Positions 14,210-27,471 of a stretch of DNA of 64,000 nt are shown here, in pieces. The notes below the pieces were generated by a model. That model was not told the origin of the DNA, did no database searches, and saw nothing but the letters and a program-made list of their open reading frames with translations. The translations under genes were made by a program, and so were the position numbers. Source of the stretch: Eledone cirrhosa (Eukaryota); contig OZ024760.1 in the NCBI GenBank assembly GCA_964016885.1, positions 1,736,001 to 1,800,000 of the forward strand, read 5' to 3'. Position 1 is the first letter of the stretch. The number at the start of each line of letters is the position of its first letter.

Positions 14210-14422
14210 CTGCATATACTCAAATATAAGCCAAGGAATATGTGACCAAAAAATCAATGGTAAAATGAGGGGGGGGGGGGTAATCGGTTTATATTTGGGG
14301 TCAATATTTTGACAATTTTCACGAACTTCAAATTCTATCTAAATAAGGTTTGGATTTTGGGATTTTTGCCCATTTCTCAGACATAAAATAGTGGGGGGTC
14401 GTTTATATTTCAGAATACATGG
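14210..14422. mobile_element. Tc1/mariner-pogo-type MITE, degenerate
   Basis: Imperfect TIRs CTGCATATACTCAAATATAAGC / GTTTATATTTCAGAATACATGG, each flanked by TA. Confidence 0.6.
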
Positions 14423-14870
14423 TATATCAACACCAGTACATGGCTGGTACTTTAATTTATAGACCATTGGAATGAAAGGCAAAGTTGACTTTGACGAGAT
14501 TTGAAACAAGAATGTTGAAGGCTGTAATGAAATATTACAATATATTTCATCAAATGCTCCAACAATTCTGCATTAACCCACCACTCTCCATTTCGTCTGA
14601 GGAACTGCATACAAATATTTAAAAAGCTGTATTGTATATATTGTTTAATATGTTTTATATTATTACACACAAAGACACGAAGATACAAATACCAATGCCC
14701 ATATATAAGCAGTAACGAAGTAAAGTAATTTATACCATTGACAGTTGGGAAATTGGTTTAGATGAGAAATACTGAGTAGTTTTACATAACATCAATGGAC
14801 ACACAGGCATATATGTATCATCATCATCATCATCATCATCGTTTAACGTCCATCTTCCACGCTTGTATGC

Positions 14871-15224
14871 ATTTTATCTGATGAGAACATGTTTTGGATT
14901 ATGTTATATATAAGCCTTGCTTATATATAACATAACCTTCGAAATTATCATCATCATCGTCAATTAACGTCTATCTTCCACGCTAGCATGGGTTAGATGG
15001 GTTTGTCCGAATTAGAGAAAAGTTGAGCCGGGTGACCATGTCTCGCTCATATAGGAGAGTTTCTGGCTGGTTTTCTATGGCCGGATGCCCTTCCTAACGC
15101 CAAACACATTTACAGTGTGTGCTGGGTACTTTTTGTCGTGATACCTACACGATTACTTTACTATGTGGACTGGATGTTCTTTACAGAGTGGACAGGGCAC
15201 CTTCGAAATACATATAATAAAATA
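14871..15224 (+). ncRNA. Hammerhead motif split by a retroposon insertion (14946-15198)
   Basis: ATTTTAT-CTGATGA-stem II-GAAA, then an insert bounded by the 11-bp duplication ACCTTCGAAAT (14935-14945, 15199-15209), then GAAA-TACATA-TA-ATAAAAT. Confidence 0.7.
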
Positions 15225-15468
15225 TATAGAAATGATCTAAAGTAAGTATTATTATTATTATTATTATTTATATAATAAATTATAAGGAATAAAGAAACCA
15301 TTATTATTTATATAAACAACTCAGAGGTGGCGAGGCGTGATTACAACATACTTCTTCCTTCGTCTCTGGGTCAAAAACATAAACACACTTTTTTCTTCTC
15401 TGTTTTTTTTTTGCTTGTTTCCTTAAAGTTTACCACCATTCCATTGGTATACATCTATTACGCAATTT

Positions 15469-15526
15469 ACACCTGAAGATGTCACCGGGTTCTTATGCAA
15501 CCTGGTCACTGAAATGTGCATAGTGT
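15469..15526 (+). ncRNA. Minimal type I hammerhead motif, second sequence type
   Basis: ACAC-CTGAAGA-TGTCACCGGGTT...AACCTGGTCACT-GAAA-TGTGCA-TA-GTGT, followed by AATAAA and (TA)n. The base of stem II is mismatched. Confidence 0.65.
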
Positions 15527-15781
15527 TTTCCAGAAATAAATAATTTAGGAAATTCAACATTTTTGGCCTCCTGTAATTTCACTTTATAATATATATATAT
15601 ATATATATAACATGGGTTGGACGCTTTGTCCTGTTTGAGGTAAGCTGGGTCCTAGAGAGTTGATATGTCATAAAAATCTATTCACAGTTGAACCTCAGTT
15701 CACGAACTTAATTCATACTTGAAGGCCGTTTGGTCCCCAAAATGTTCTTAAGCCAAAACTATTTTTCCCATACAAAATGTT

Positions 15782-15813
<32 letters not shown>

Positions 15814-16552
15814 AACAGTGAGAGAGAGATAGATATCACCATAGTAACTAACTACAGGTGAAAGTTAATTAAATGGAGCCCAGTGTGTTACTTACTGGTA
15901 CATGATTTTATCAATGCTGTAAGGATGAAAAGCAAGATAAGGAAATCATCAGCAATGGCTCAGGTGTGTGCAAGGTAGACAATTATATAGATATACATTT
16001 CAAGGGGAAAGAAAGAGGATAGGCATGTATGGAGATGTGGATGCTTGTGGGTGCTATGTGTGTGCGTGGGCTGTATGTGTGTATGTGGGTGTGTGTGTAT
16101 ATATATATGTATGCTTTTTGTTTTTTTTTCACCTGGGAGTGAAAATCCCCCAGTTGTTGTCACAACACCTTTCTAGGAGAGGGGGAAACTCTAAAAAAAA
16201 ACCTGTGGCACGGAAGCATCCGATGATGTTGACCAGTTCTCCTTTTTGGGTAGTGTTTTCAATGCTCAGAGAGTGGGATTGGTCGAGTGCAAGGCCTTTC
16301 CCCCACTTAAAAAACCTTCAAAGTACAGGCATTGCTTGTTCAGGACATGTTACAGGTTTATGTGGTTAGACGTAGCCTAAAAGTGCACCAAACTCTATAA
16401 TCTGACAAGCGATTGCAGTACTCTTAGACGAGTTTGCAGCCATCATATGTGTATATGGGTGTGTTGGTGTGGGGTGGGTTGGAGATGTGTGGGGTGTGTG
16501 TGTTGGTGTTGAGTCAGCGGGCGTGGGGTGTAATGGCAAAATCTTGACTTAC

Positions 16553-16734
16553 CGTTAGTTCGTATTCATCATTGTTTTCGTTCTTCACAGCAAACGGCCA
16601 CCATCCCTTCACCCTCTTGTGTTTGAATAAAGACATCTGAGGTACGGTGCCATCAGTCTTCAGCATGTCGAGGGTACATAACTTGGAGGATTTGGCACCG
16701 CGAGGGAAATGGTTCAAGTCCAGTGTTAGGGAAC
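16553..16734 (-). CDS. OTOF: Otoferlin-type ferlin, next coding exon
   Basis: Translates (G)[60 protein letters not shown]. Acceptor TCCTTGCAG|, donor |GTAAGT. The split codon G|GT (Gly) joins in phase with the 43179 exon, and the peptide continues the otoferlin sequence without a gap. Confidence 0.93.
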
Positions 16735-17419
16735 CTGCAAGGACAGATGGGAGATGATGAAGGGGGAAGAAGAAGAAGAAGAAGAAGAAGAAGAAGAAGA
16801 AGATGGTGGTCATGATGGTGACAATGGTGATGATGATGGTGATAGTAGTGGTGATATCGATGATGATGAGGGTGATGATGATGATGTTGATGGTGGTGGT
16901 GGTGGTGGTGGTGGTAATGATGATCGTGGTCATGAGGGTGCAGGAGGTGATGATGATGATGGTGACAATGGTGATGATGATGATGATGATGATGAAGATG
17001 GTGGTGAGGATGATAACGATGATGATGATGATGGTGATAATGTTGATGCTGATGATGATGATGATGATGATGGTGATGGTGGCAGTGATGATGATGGTAG
17101 TAATGGTGATGATGGTGTTGATGGTGATAATGTTGATGATGATGATGGTGATGGTGGCAGTGATGATGGTGGTGTTGATGGTGATGATGATGGTTTTGAA
17201 CAGAAAGGGGTTGAGAGAATTCTGGCCGGATTCAACCAGTTTCAATGCTAAAGGGTTAATATATGGAAACAGCAGAAAAGTCCGGAAGAGAATTACTTTT
17301 GATTTTCTATACAGTGCTACAGCATGGCCTTAGCTGGTGTTGCTGGATAAATAAAGGGATTGGAAGTGGAGGGAATGAAAACAAAAAGGGGCAACCTCTT
17401 ATTATGACAGTGAACAATG

Positions 17420-18075
17420 AGGTGGTGGATTGGCAGAATCGGTAGAGCATCAGACAATATGCTTTACAGCATAGAGTTACGGCCCTTAACGTTCTGAGGA
17501 TTAAATCCCGGGTGATGTGTTGTTTCCTTGAGCAAGACACTTTATTTCACATTGCTCCAGTTTACTCAGCTGTAGAAATGAGATGATAGGGACTGGGGTC
17601 CCTACCATTCCACTGCAAAGTGGTCATGGAGGTGCCATGGCAAAAAAGCACCCAGCACTCACTGTAAATGAGGTTGGTGTTAGGGAGGGCATCCAGCTGT
17701 AGAAATCAAGCCAGAATCAGTTCCCGTCCCACCCTGGCAAGCAGGGAAAAGCTGACGTAAAGTGATGATGATGATGATGAGGTTAGCTTTGCCTTTCATC
17801 CCTACAGGGTTGATAAAATAATGTACCAGTAATGCACTGGGGGTTGATTTAATCAACTTTCCCCTCCCTCTCCAAATTTGTTGGCTTTGTGCCTTAATCA
17901 GTGGCAGTATCGGTAGAGCGCCGGACGCCATGCTTCGACGCATAGAGTTACGGCCCTTGCCGTCTGAGTTCAAATGCCGCCGAGGTTAACTTTGCCTTTC
18001 ATCTTTACGGGTGTAAAGTACCAGTAATGTACTGGGATAATTGCTGGCCTTGTGCCAAAAGTAGAAACAATTATT
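17420..18075 (+). mobile_element. SINE cluster: family A copy interrupted by a 5'-truncated family B copy (about 17510-17778), then a second family A copy
   Basis: The family A head stops at the B box. The family B body with (TGA)n tail follows, and family A then resumes at GAGGTTAGCTTTGCC. Confidence 0.75.
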
Positions 18076-18352
18076 ATAATAGTGAACAATGAGGGAGGGG
18101 TGGAAAGAAAGAAGGATAGATAGACAGACAGAAAAGAGAGAAAGAGAGATAGATAGGTTGATAGGCAGGCAGACAGACAGACAGACAGATAGACAGAGAG
18201 ATAGAGAGATAGGTAGATAGATGGGTTGATAAGATAGATAGATAGATATATAGATAGATGGGTTGATAGCTACATAAGTAGATACTTAGATAGATATGTA
18301 GACAGATAGAAAGATAGGTAAATAGACAGCTAGATAGACTATAGATAGATAT

Positions 18353-19605
18353 GTTTCTTTATTAGCCACAGGGGCCCAAAAGAAGGGGAAAAATACAAAG
18401 GGGGAAGTTTACATACAATATGTAAAATATTATCACAAATGCAATTTAAAAATTAGTCAATTTTCCCCAATAGGGAGAGACAGTTCATATGGGTAACACA
18501 TACCCCCGAAAAAAAATGTGCAACCCTCATCTCCAGGAGTACGAAGAGTTTGTACTCCTTTCCTCTCCTCCTCTTTTTCCTCAACCTACAGGCTGATATA
18601 GAGAGAAGGCCCATTCACTCGGGCCATTCTCACCACTTTCACCCACCTTTCATAAAACTTGCTGGGGTACAGCACCTCTCTCTCCATCCTGACTCTTCTT
18701 CCAAAGTGGTATTTGAAAAAAAGAATCAGTTGTTGGCCGGAGAGAAAGGTGTCTGACCTCAGCCCTTTCAACCTTGATAGATAGATAGGTAGATAGATAG
18801 ATAAACATTATATATATATATATAGATAGATAGATAGATATATAGGGCATCAAAGATTGGGACAAATACAAGGGGGGTGGGGAGTTTACATACATTTCAA
18901 AGGGCGTGTAAAAACATATAACAAATAAAATTCAACAATCGAATTCCTCAATACCCACCCACGAAAAAAATGTGCAACCCTCCTCCTCAGGAGCACAAAG
19001 AGCGGATGCTCCCTTCCTCTCCTCTTTCTTCTCCTCTCTCACCTACAGGCTGATATAAAGAGAAGGCCCATTCACTCAGGCCATATAGATAGATAGATAG
19101 AGAGATAGATATATTCCTTTATTAGCCACAAGGGCGCACAAGAAAAGGGGACAATACAAAGACATGCCGGGGATTTTACATACAGTCGTGTAAAAAATAT
19201 AAAAACAAACAATTACAACAATCGAAATCCCCAATAGGGGGGAGGCGCCACAAATGGGTTGTTTAATACCCCGTCGATAGAACAACCCTCAACTTCAGGA
19301 GCGTGTTGTGCAAGTGCTCCCTTCTTCCTTTTGCTCTCTTCTTCAACCTACAGGCTTATAAACAGAGAAGGCCCAATTACTCCGGCCATTTTTGCTACAT
19401 TCACCCACCTTTCAGTAAATCTACTGGGGTGCAGTGCCTCTCTCTCCACCCTGATTCTCCTTCTAAAGTGATACTTAAAGATAGGAATCAATTGTTGTCT
19501 GGAGAGAAAGGCATCTGTCCTCAGTCCTCTCAACCTCGTCCACCATATAACTTCTTTCACCATAGCCACCGTACAGAGGAAAACCGCCTCTCTTTCGGTT
19601 TTGAT
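18353..19605 (-). mobile_element. Three 3'-end fragments of an L1/Tx1-like LINE embedded in (GATA)n
   Basis: Homologous peptides (WWTRLRGLRTDAFLSRQQL..FKYHFRRRIRVERE..RFTERWV and FFKYHFGRRVRMERE..KFYERWV) and a shared 3' UTR ending GTGGCTAATAAA. Clade assignment is from recollection only. Confidence 0.55.
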
Positions 19606-19850
19606 AAATAGAGAGATAGATAGATAGTTAGAAATAAATTAGCCAGAAAGTCTCCAGCTGACAAAGCAGTAACGAAGTAAAGTAATTTGTACCATTGACA
19701 GTTGGGAAATTGGTTTAGATGAGAAATAGTAAGTAGTTTTACAGAGCATCAATGGACACACAGGCATATATATATACATGTATATATATACATATATATA
19801 TATACATGTATATATATGTATATATACACACATATATATATATATATACA

Positions 19851-20089
<239 letters not shown>

Positions 20090-20492
20090 TATATATATAT
20101 ACATGTATATATATATATATATATATACATATACACATATATATACATAATTGTTTCTACGTTAGGCAATGTGTGTGTGTATATAGATAATACATCATCA
20201 TCATCATCATCATTGTTTAATGTCCATCTTCCACGCTAGCATGGGTTAGACGGTTTTGTTCCACTTGATGAGGGATTGGTGTACATACAACGAAAAGTTC
20301 ATAGGCTGACCAAGATACTCTCATGGAATGACCAAATGAGGTTTATTTCCCAACTTAGTCCTTGGAAAGAAACAATGCAGTTATTTATATGAAGAGGAAG
20401 AGTTGAAAATTATTACATGCAAGATTTCTCAGCTCTAGCATCACTCTTTCAACGTCAGTGTATGAACTTCTCAATCAGCCCCCGTATATATA

Positions 20493-21340
20493 CAGTGTAT
20501 CCTCGGCATTCGTGGAATTTTCCTTAGAACCTAACTAATAACTGTTTGTGGAAACCACTGCATATTTGTGGAATCGTAAATATCTTTCGCAAATTTTTTA
20601 ATGGCTTTTTTCATGGCAATTTATAATTTTTCACACTTTTTGACTGTATATTGTTATTATTAATAACAATATACAGTATTTGCCAGCCTATTGGACGACC
20701 CTTATTATATTTTTTATTATATTTTACGTTATATTTTGACGTTATATTTCTTATCATATTTTACGTTATATTTTTTATTAATTTTATGTTATATTTTGAC
20801 GTTATATTTTTAATTATATTTTACGTTATATTTTTACGTTATATTTCTATTTTACGTTATATTTTTTATTATATTTTGACGTTATATTTCTTATATTCTA
20901 CGTTATATTTTTTATTAATTTTATGTTATATTTTGACGTTATATTTTTTATTATATTTTACGTTATATTTTGACGTTATATTTCTTATATTTTATGTTAT
21001 ATTTTTTATTAATTTTATGTTATATTTTGACGTTATATTTTACGTTATATTTTGACGTTATATTTCTTATCATATTTTACGTTATATTTTTTATTAATTT
21101 TATGTTATATTTTGACGTTTTATTTTTTATTATATTTTACGTTATATTTTGACGTTATATTTCTTATTATATTTTATGTTATATTTTTTATTAATTTTAT
21201 GTTATATTTTTTATTATATTTTACGTTATATTTTGACGTTATATTTAGGCATTTTTATGGACCACGTCCAATATTCGTGGTTTTTCACCCTTCACGGGTG
21301 CTCTGGGAACATAACCCTTGCGAATACCAGGGGACTACTG
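20493..21340. mobile_element. Degenerate mariner/pogo-type MITE carrying an AT-rich minisatellite (20700-21245)
   Basis: Imperfect TIRs CAGTGTATCCTCGGCATTCG / CGAATACCAGGGGACTACTG. Internal TTTTGACGTTATA/TTTTACGTTATA repeats. Confidence 0.5.
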
Positions 21341-22617
21341 TTTATGATTTATTTTTAACTAGAGTTGTCTGCAATAGATTGTGATTTGTTGAAATATGGG
21401 AATTGTTAAAAACTGCATGGCTCATTAATATTGTTAATGAAGATAATTAAATTTTGACGGATGAGAGAGAGAGACAGGGGAGGGTGGAGAGGGTCAGGAT
21501 TAGTGAGAGAGGAAGAGAGAGATGATGACAGAAAAGACATATATATATATATAGAGAGAGAGAGAGGGAGGAATTAAGAAAACAAAAAAGGAGAGAGAGA
21601 GAGACAAAGTAAAAAACAGCAAAAAATAGAGAGAGATAAAGAAGATACCAGAGAGAGAGAGAGAGGAAAAAGAGAAAGAAAGAAGATACAAGAGAGAGAG
21701 AGGGAGATAGGGAATATGATATGAGAGAGCGAGAAAGAGAGAGAGATGGAGAGAAGAGGATACAAGTGAGAGAGAAAGAAAGAGAGGAAAAAGAGGATAT
21801 GAGAGAGAGGAAAGAGAGAAAAGAAAAAGCCCCAAGCATCCACCCCTAACACTGCCAATACCCCCCCCCCCCCCTCCCCAGTCTCCTCAACACCACCACC
21901 CCTCCCTCCAGTATCCCCCCCCCCCATTTTCTATGACAAATTAGTATTAAATTGTTTTAAATCATCTCTAAGAGATTTTGAAATATATAAAATATTGTTT
22001 CAGTCCCCTCCCTCTGGTGGTGGTGGTGGTGGTGGTAGTGGTGGTGGTGGTAGTGGTGGTGGTAGTGGTGGTGGTAGTGGTGGTGGTAGCGGTGGTGGTA
22101 GCGGTGGTGGTGGTAGTGGTGATGGTGGTGGTAGTGGTGATGGTGGTGGTTGTAGTGTGATGGTGGTGGTGGTGATGGTGGTGGTAATAGTGGTGGTTGT
22201 AGTGGTGGTGGTGGTGGTGGTGGTGGTGGTGGTGGTAGTGGTGATGGTGGTGGTTGTAGTGATGGTGGTGGTGGTGATGGTGGTGGTGGTGATGGTGGTG
22301 GTAGTGGTGATGGTGGTGGTTGTAGTGTGATGGTGGTGGTGGTGGTGGTAGTTATGGTGGTGGTAATAGTGGTGGTTGTAGTGGTAGTGGTGATGGTGGT
22401 GGCAGTTGTGTTCATTGTAGTGGCAGAGATGGGAAGTGGTGTTGGTGTTGGTGGTGGGAGGTAGTAGCAGGATGGGTGGGGGGAGTGTTGGTGGTAATGA
22501 AGTGTTAAGTTGGGTTGATTGATGACTGAAAGGGTGGTTCAGGTATTTTGTCTTGTCACTGACTTTCCATCTCTTAACATTCAGCTTTATATTAGTGTGT
22601 ACACACACACACGCACG

Positions 22618-22659
<42 letters not shown>

Positions 22660-22844
22660 CACACACACCACCCACATATATACACACACACACACATATA
22701 TATATGTGTGTGTGTGTGTACATGCACACACACATACACATGTGTCTCAGTTCTGAACAAGCCAACCAATCTCGCCTCAAATGGGACAAACCCGTCCAAC
22801 CCATGTTAGTGTGGAAGATGGATGTAAAACTGAAGTAGATAGAG

Positions 22845-23212
22845 AAGTTCAAGTATCTTGGTGCCGTGTTCAGGAGTAATGGAAGGCAGGAGGCTGAATT
22901 AAGTGCAAGAATTGCAGGAGCTGGTGCAGTAATGCGCCATCTTCAGTATTCAGTAATCAGAAGGGAGGTAAGCGTACAAGCCAAACTCTTCAATTCAGTA
23001 TTCGTACCAACTCTTACCTATGGTCATAAAACTTGGGTAATGGCTAAAAGAATTCAATCACGAATACAAGCGACCAAAATGGGGTTCCTCTGAATGGTCT
23101 TTGAAGTAACATTACTTGATACGGGGTTGATAAAATAAAGTACCAGTAATGTACTGGGTAATTGCTGGCCTTGTGCCTAAAATAGAAACAATTACTTGAT
23201 ACGGTGCATAAC
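22845..23212 (+). mobile_element. RTE-clade LINE fragment with a nested 5'-truncated family A SINE (23125-23190)
   Basis: EKFKYLG..ARIAGAGAVM..PTLTYGHKTW. A 14-bp target duplication ATTACTTGATACGG lies at 23111-23124 and 23191-23204. Confidence 0.82.
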
Positions 23213-23214
23213 TA

Positions 23215-23885
23215 GGAGGTGCATGGTTTAGTGGTAAGGGTGTTGGACTTATGATCATAATGCTGTGGGTTCAATTCCTGGGCTGAGTTGCATGTTGTGT
23301 TCTTGAGCAAAACACTTCATTTCATGTTGCTCCAGTATACTCAACTGGAAATGAGTACCGGCAATAGCTGGGAGCTTAACCCTGTAATGGACTAGCATCC
23401 TGTCCAGGGAGGAGTCTTGTATTCTCAGTCACTTCATGTCACAAAACTGGGATAAGCGCTGCAATGGACTAGTGTCCTGTCCAGGGAGGAGTCTTGTATT
23501 CTCAGTCACTTCATGTCACAAAACTGGGATAAGCGCTGCAATGGACTAGTGTCCTGTCCAGGGAGGAGTTTTGTATTCTCAGTCACTTCATGTCACAAAA
23601 CTGGGATAAGCGCTGCAATGGACTAGTGTCCTGTCCAGGGAGGAGTCTTGTACTCTCAGCCACTTTATGTCACAAAACCGAGATAAGTGCCACTCTAATG
23701 AGCCTTCTGGCTTCCAGTATAATCAGCTGAAAATGGGTACCAGCTATAGCTGGGAGCTTAACCCTGTGATCGACTAGTGTCCTGTCCAGGGGCAAGACTT
23801 GTATACTCAGTCACTTAACGCCACAAAACCCCGGGATAAGCGCTGCTCTAACAAGCCTTCTGGCTTGTGACAGACTTGTTGACTT
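23215..23885 (+). mobile_element. CORE-type tRNA SINE with an internal 77-bp tandem array (4 copies, 23386-23695)
   Basis: A box TGGTTTAGTGG, B box GGTTCAATTCC, CORE-like TGTGTTCTTGAGCAAAACACTT. Period 77. Confidence 0.8.
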
Positions 23886-24669
23886 TTTATTTATGCCACC
23901 TGTTCTAAAGATATGAAGGAATTACTTTTCATTAGATCCCAGTCAATTTAGACTTCTTTTTCTTTCTGATAAACAAGATAACGTTTGTGTTTATTTTACA
24001 AAGCTGTTTCTACAAAACCAAAAGACACCATTAAGGGAAATAAAAAAAAAAACAATGATAAAAACGCGGCGGCAGGGGGGCGGGGGGGGGGGGGGTAAAA
24101 GAAGAAAATAAAAAAAAGAACAATGAAAGGTTTCCTGCAGTGTCTTCCCATTCTCTGGAATCTATCACCACCACCATTACTATTACCACCACCACCATTA
24201 CTACCACCACCATTACTACCACCACCACCACCGCCATTACTACCACCACCACCACCATTACTACCATCACCACCATTACTACCATCACCACCACCACCAC
24301 TACCATCACCACCATTACTACCACCATCACCACCATTACTCCCACCATCACTACCAATGAAAGAAAGAGAGAGAGGGAGAGATCAACAGACAGTACATCC
24401 CTTGTCTAAGCAGTACCTCAGCTGCGCCCTGCAGGACAGAATAACTGGCCAGAGGTACCCCCCCCCCCCCGCTGCAATAGCCACCCCACTCCACCTCATG
24501 GGGCTCCCTTCTCAAGCGAGGCCACCCCAAAACATCTCAATCCCTCCTGTGACCCACCCCCCTCCCCATTGCTCCCACTGTCTTCTTAAATTGCTTGTTG
24601 GTTTTCTTATGTGTTAAGCATGGAATGTAACATTAAAAAAAACCCATCAGCTTCTATCTCCCTCTATGT

Positions 24670-24867
<198 letters not shown>

Positions 24868-24873
24868 CATACA

Positions 24874-24935
<62 letters not shown>

Positions 24936-24941
24936 CATACA

Positions 24942-24995
<54 letters not shown>

Positions 24996-25074
24996 TTTAT
25001 ATACATACATCTATATATATATATATATTTATATATTTATATATATATATATTTATATATTTATATATTTATAT

Positions 25075-25105
<31 letters not shown>

Positions 25106-25110
25106 TTATA

Positions 25111-25176
<66 letters not shown>

Positions 25177-25289
25177 TTTATATACATACATCTATATATA
25201 TATATTTATATATTTATATATATATATATATTTATATATTTATATATTTATATATATATATATATAATATATATATATATTTATATATT

Positions 25290-25321
<32 letters not shown>

Positions 25322-25434
25322 CACACATATACATATATATACATACACACACACACATATATATATGAGTATGCATGTGTGTGTATAATGTATATTATAT
25401 ATATGTGTGTGTACTATATATATGTGTGTGTGTA

Positions 25435-25500
<66 letters not shown>

Positions 25501-25935
25501 TGTGTGTGTGTGTGTGTGTGTAGGAAGGAAAGAAGAAAAAAATGAAAGATAAAAAGGAAAAGAACTAAAACAAACAAAATACAAACAACATAACTAAATA
25601 ATGAATGAAACAATGGGTTGATAATGTGACAACATAAGATAAGAGAGCAGCATTCTTCCAGAAGCCAAAGGGTGTTGGAAGGACATGTCAAATATTTGGA
25701 TGTTTGTGTCTGTGGGCCTTTCTCTGTGTGTGTGTGTGTGTGTTGTCGGAGGAGGAGGAGGGTTATGTGAGCATGTGTCAGTATTTGTGTATATGTGTGT
25801 GTGTGTATATGTTTGTGTTTGTATATGAATGTGTATGTGTGTTTGTATGAGTTTGTGTGTGTATGGGTTTGTGTGTGTATGTGTTTGTGTGCGTGACAGT
25901 GTGTATGTGTGCGTTATAGAGAGAATGAGCGTTGC

Positions 25936-25994
<59 letters not shown>

Positions 25995-26398
25995 CAGATA
26001 TAGAAACAAAGTGATACGGAGATAAATAGATAGAAAGAGAGAGAAAGACACACTGACTGAGGGAAAAACAGAAGGAGAAACACAGAGAGGGAGAGAGAGT
26101 GAGAGAGACAAAGAGATAGATAGACAGAAAGATGATAGAGAGGGGGGCGCAGAGAGGACGAGGGAGATGTATGAATAGTTATGAGGTGAAGGTGTAAAGG
26201 TGAGAGAAGATAATTATCTTCTTTTAACAATAGGTGGTGTCTTTTTTTTTGTCAAGGTAAATTCATTATTAGATGAAAAGACATTGTTGAAGTGAGGTGG
26301 GGAGGTTGGAGGTGGGCGGGGTTACAGGTAGAAGTGTCACAGACATACAGGTGAGGGTTAGGGGAGTATCTTTCTGTACCCTTCCCTTATTTTTCTCC

Positions 26399-26449
<51 letters not shown>

Positions 26450-27395
26450 CATTATCCCCAATATGTTGGCCCTAGTGGCCAATAGATAAATAATTATTAT
26501 TATGGCATAGAGTTACATCCCTTTACAGTATGAGTTCAAATCCTGCCAAGGTTAACTTTGCCTTTCATCCTTACGGTTTGATAAAATAAAGTACCACTAA
26601 TGTACTGAGATAAAGTAGAAACAATTATTATTATTATTATTATTATGTACTAGTATCGGTAGGGGGTCGGAACCATGCTTTGTTACGGCCCTTTATGGTC
26701 TGAGTTCAAATCCTGCCTTGTGCCAAAATAGAAACAATTATTTTTATTATTATTATTATAATCCCCAATATATTGGCCCTAGTGGCCAATAAATAAACTA
26801 TTATTATTCGGTGGATTGGCAGTACCAGTAGGGAGTCGGATGCCATGCTTTGCAGCATAGAGTTACGACCCTTTAAAGTCTGAGTTCAAATCCCGCTGAG
26901 GTTAACTTTGCCTTTCATCCTTACATGGTCGATAAAATAAAGTACCAGTAATGTACTGGGTTTTGCTGGCCTTGTGCCAAAAAGTAGAAACCATTATTAT
27001 TATCCCCCATATGTTGCCCCTGGTGGCCAATAAATATAATGGCATAGAGTTACGGCCCTTTACATTCTGAGTTCAAATCCTGCTGCTGAGGTCAGCTTTA
27101 CCTTTCATCCTTAGGGGGAGGGGAAAGTTGATTAAATCGACCCCAGTACACTACTGGTACTTTATATTATCGACCCTGTAAGGATGAAAGACAAAGCTAA
27201 CCACAGCAGCAGGATTTGAACTTAGATCGTAAAGGGGCATAACTCTATGCCATATAGCATTCTGTCCGACAACATGCTTTGCAGCATAGGATTATGGCCC
27301 TTTACGTTCTAAGTTCAAATCCCGCTGAGGTTCATTTTGCCTTTCATCCTTTCATCCGATAAAATAAAGTACCAGTCACGCACTGGGGTCGATTT
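26450..27395. mobile_element. Cluster of about 6 family A SINE copies, one inverted (about 27130-27260)
   Basis: Repeated GAGTTCAAATCC..CTTTGCCTTTCATCC..AAAGTACCAGT, interleaved with three ATCCCCAATATGTTGGCCCTAGTGGCCAAT blocks. Confidence 0.8.
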
Positions 27396-27471
27396 GGGAG
27401 TAGCAATGGTTAGTGTTGGTGGTAGTGGTAATGGTAGTAGCTATGGTGGTAAAGGTAAGGTGGTAGTAGAG

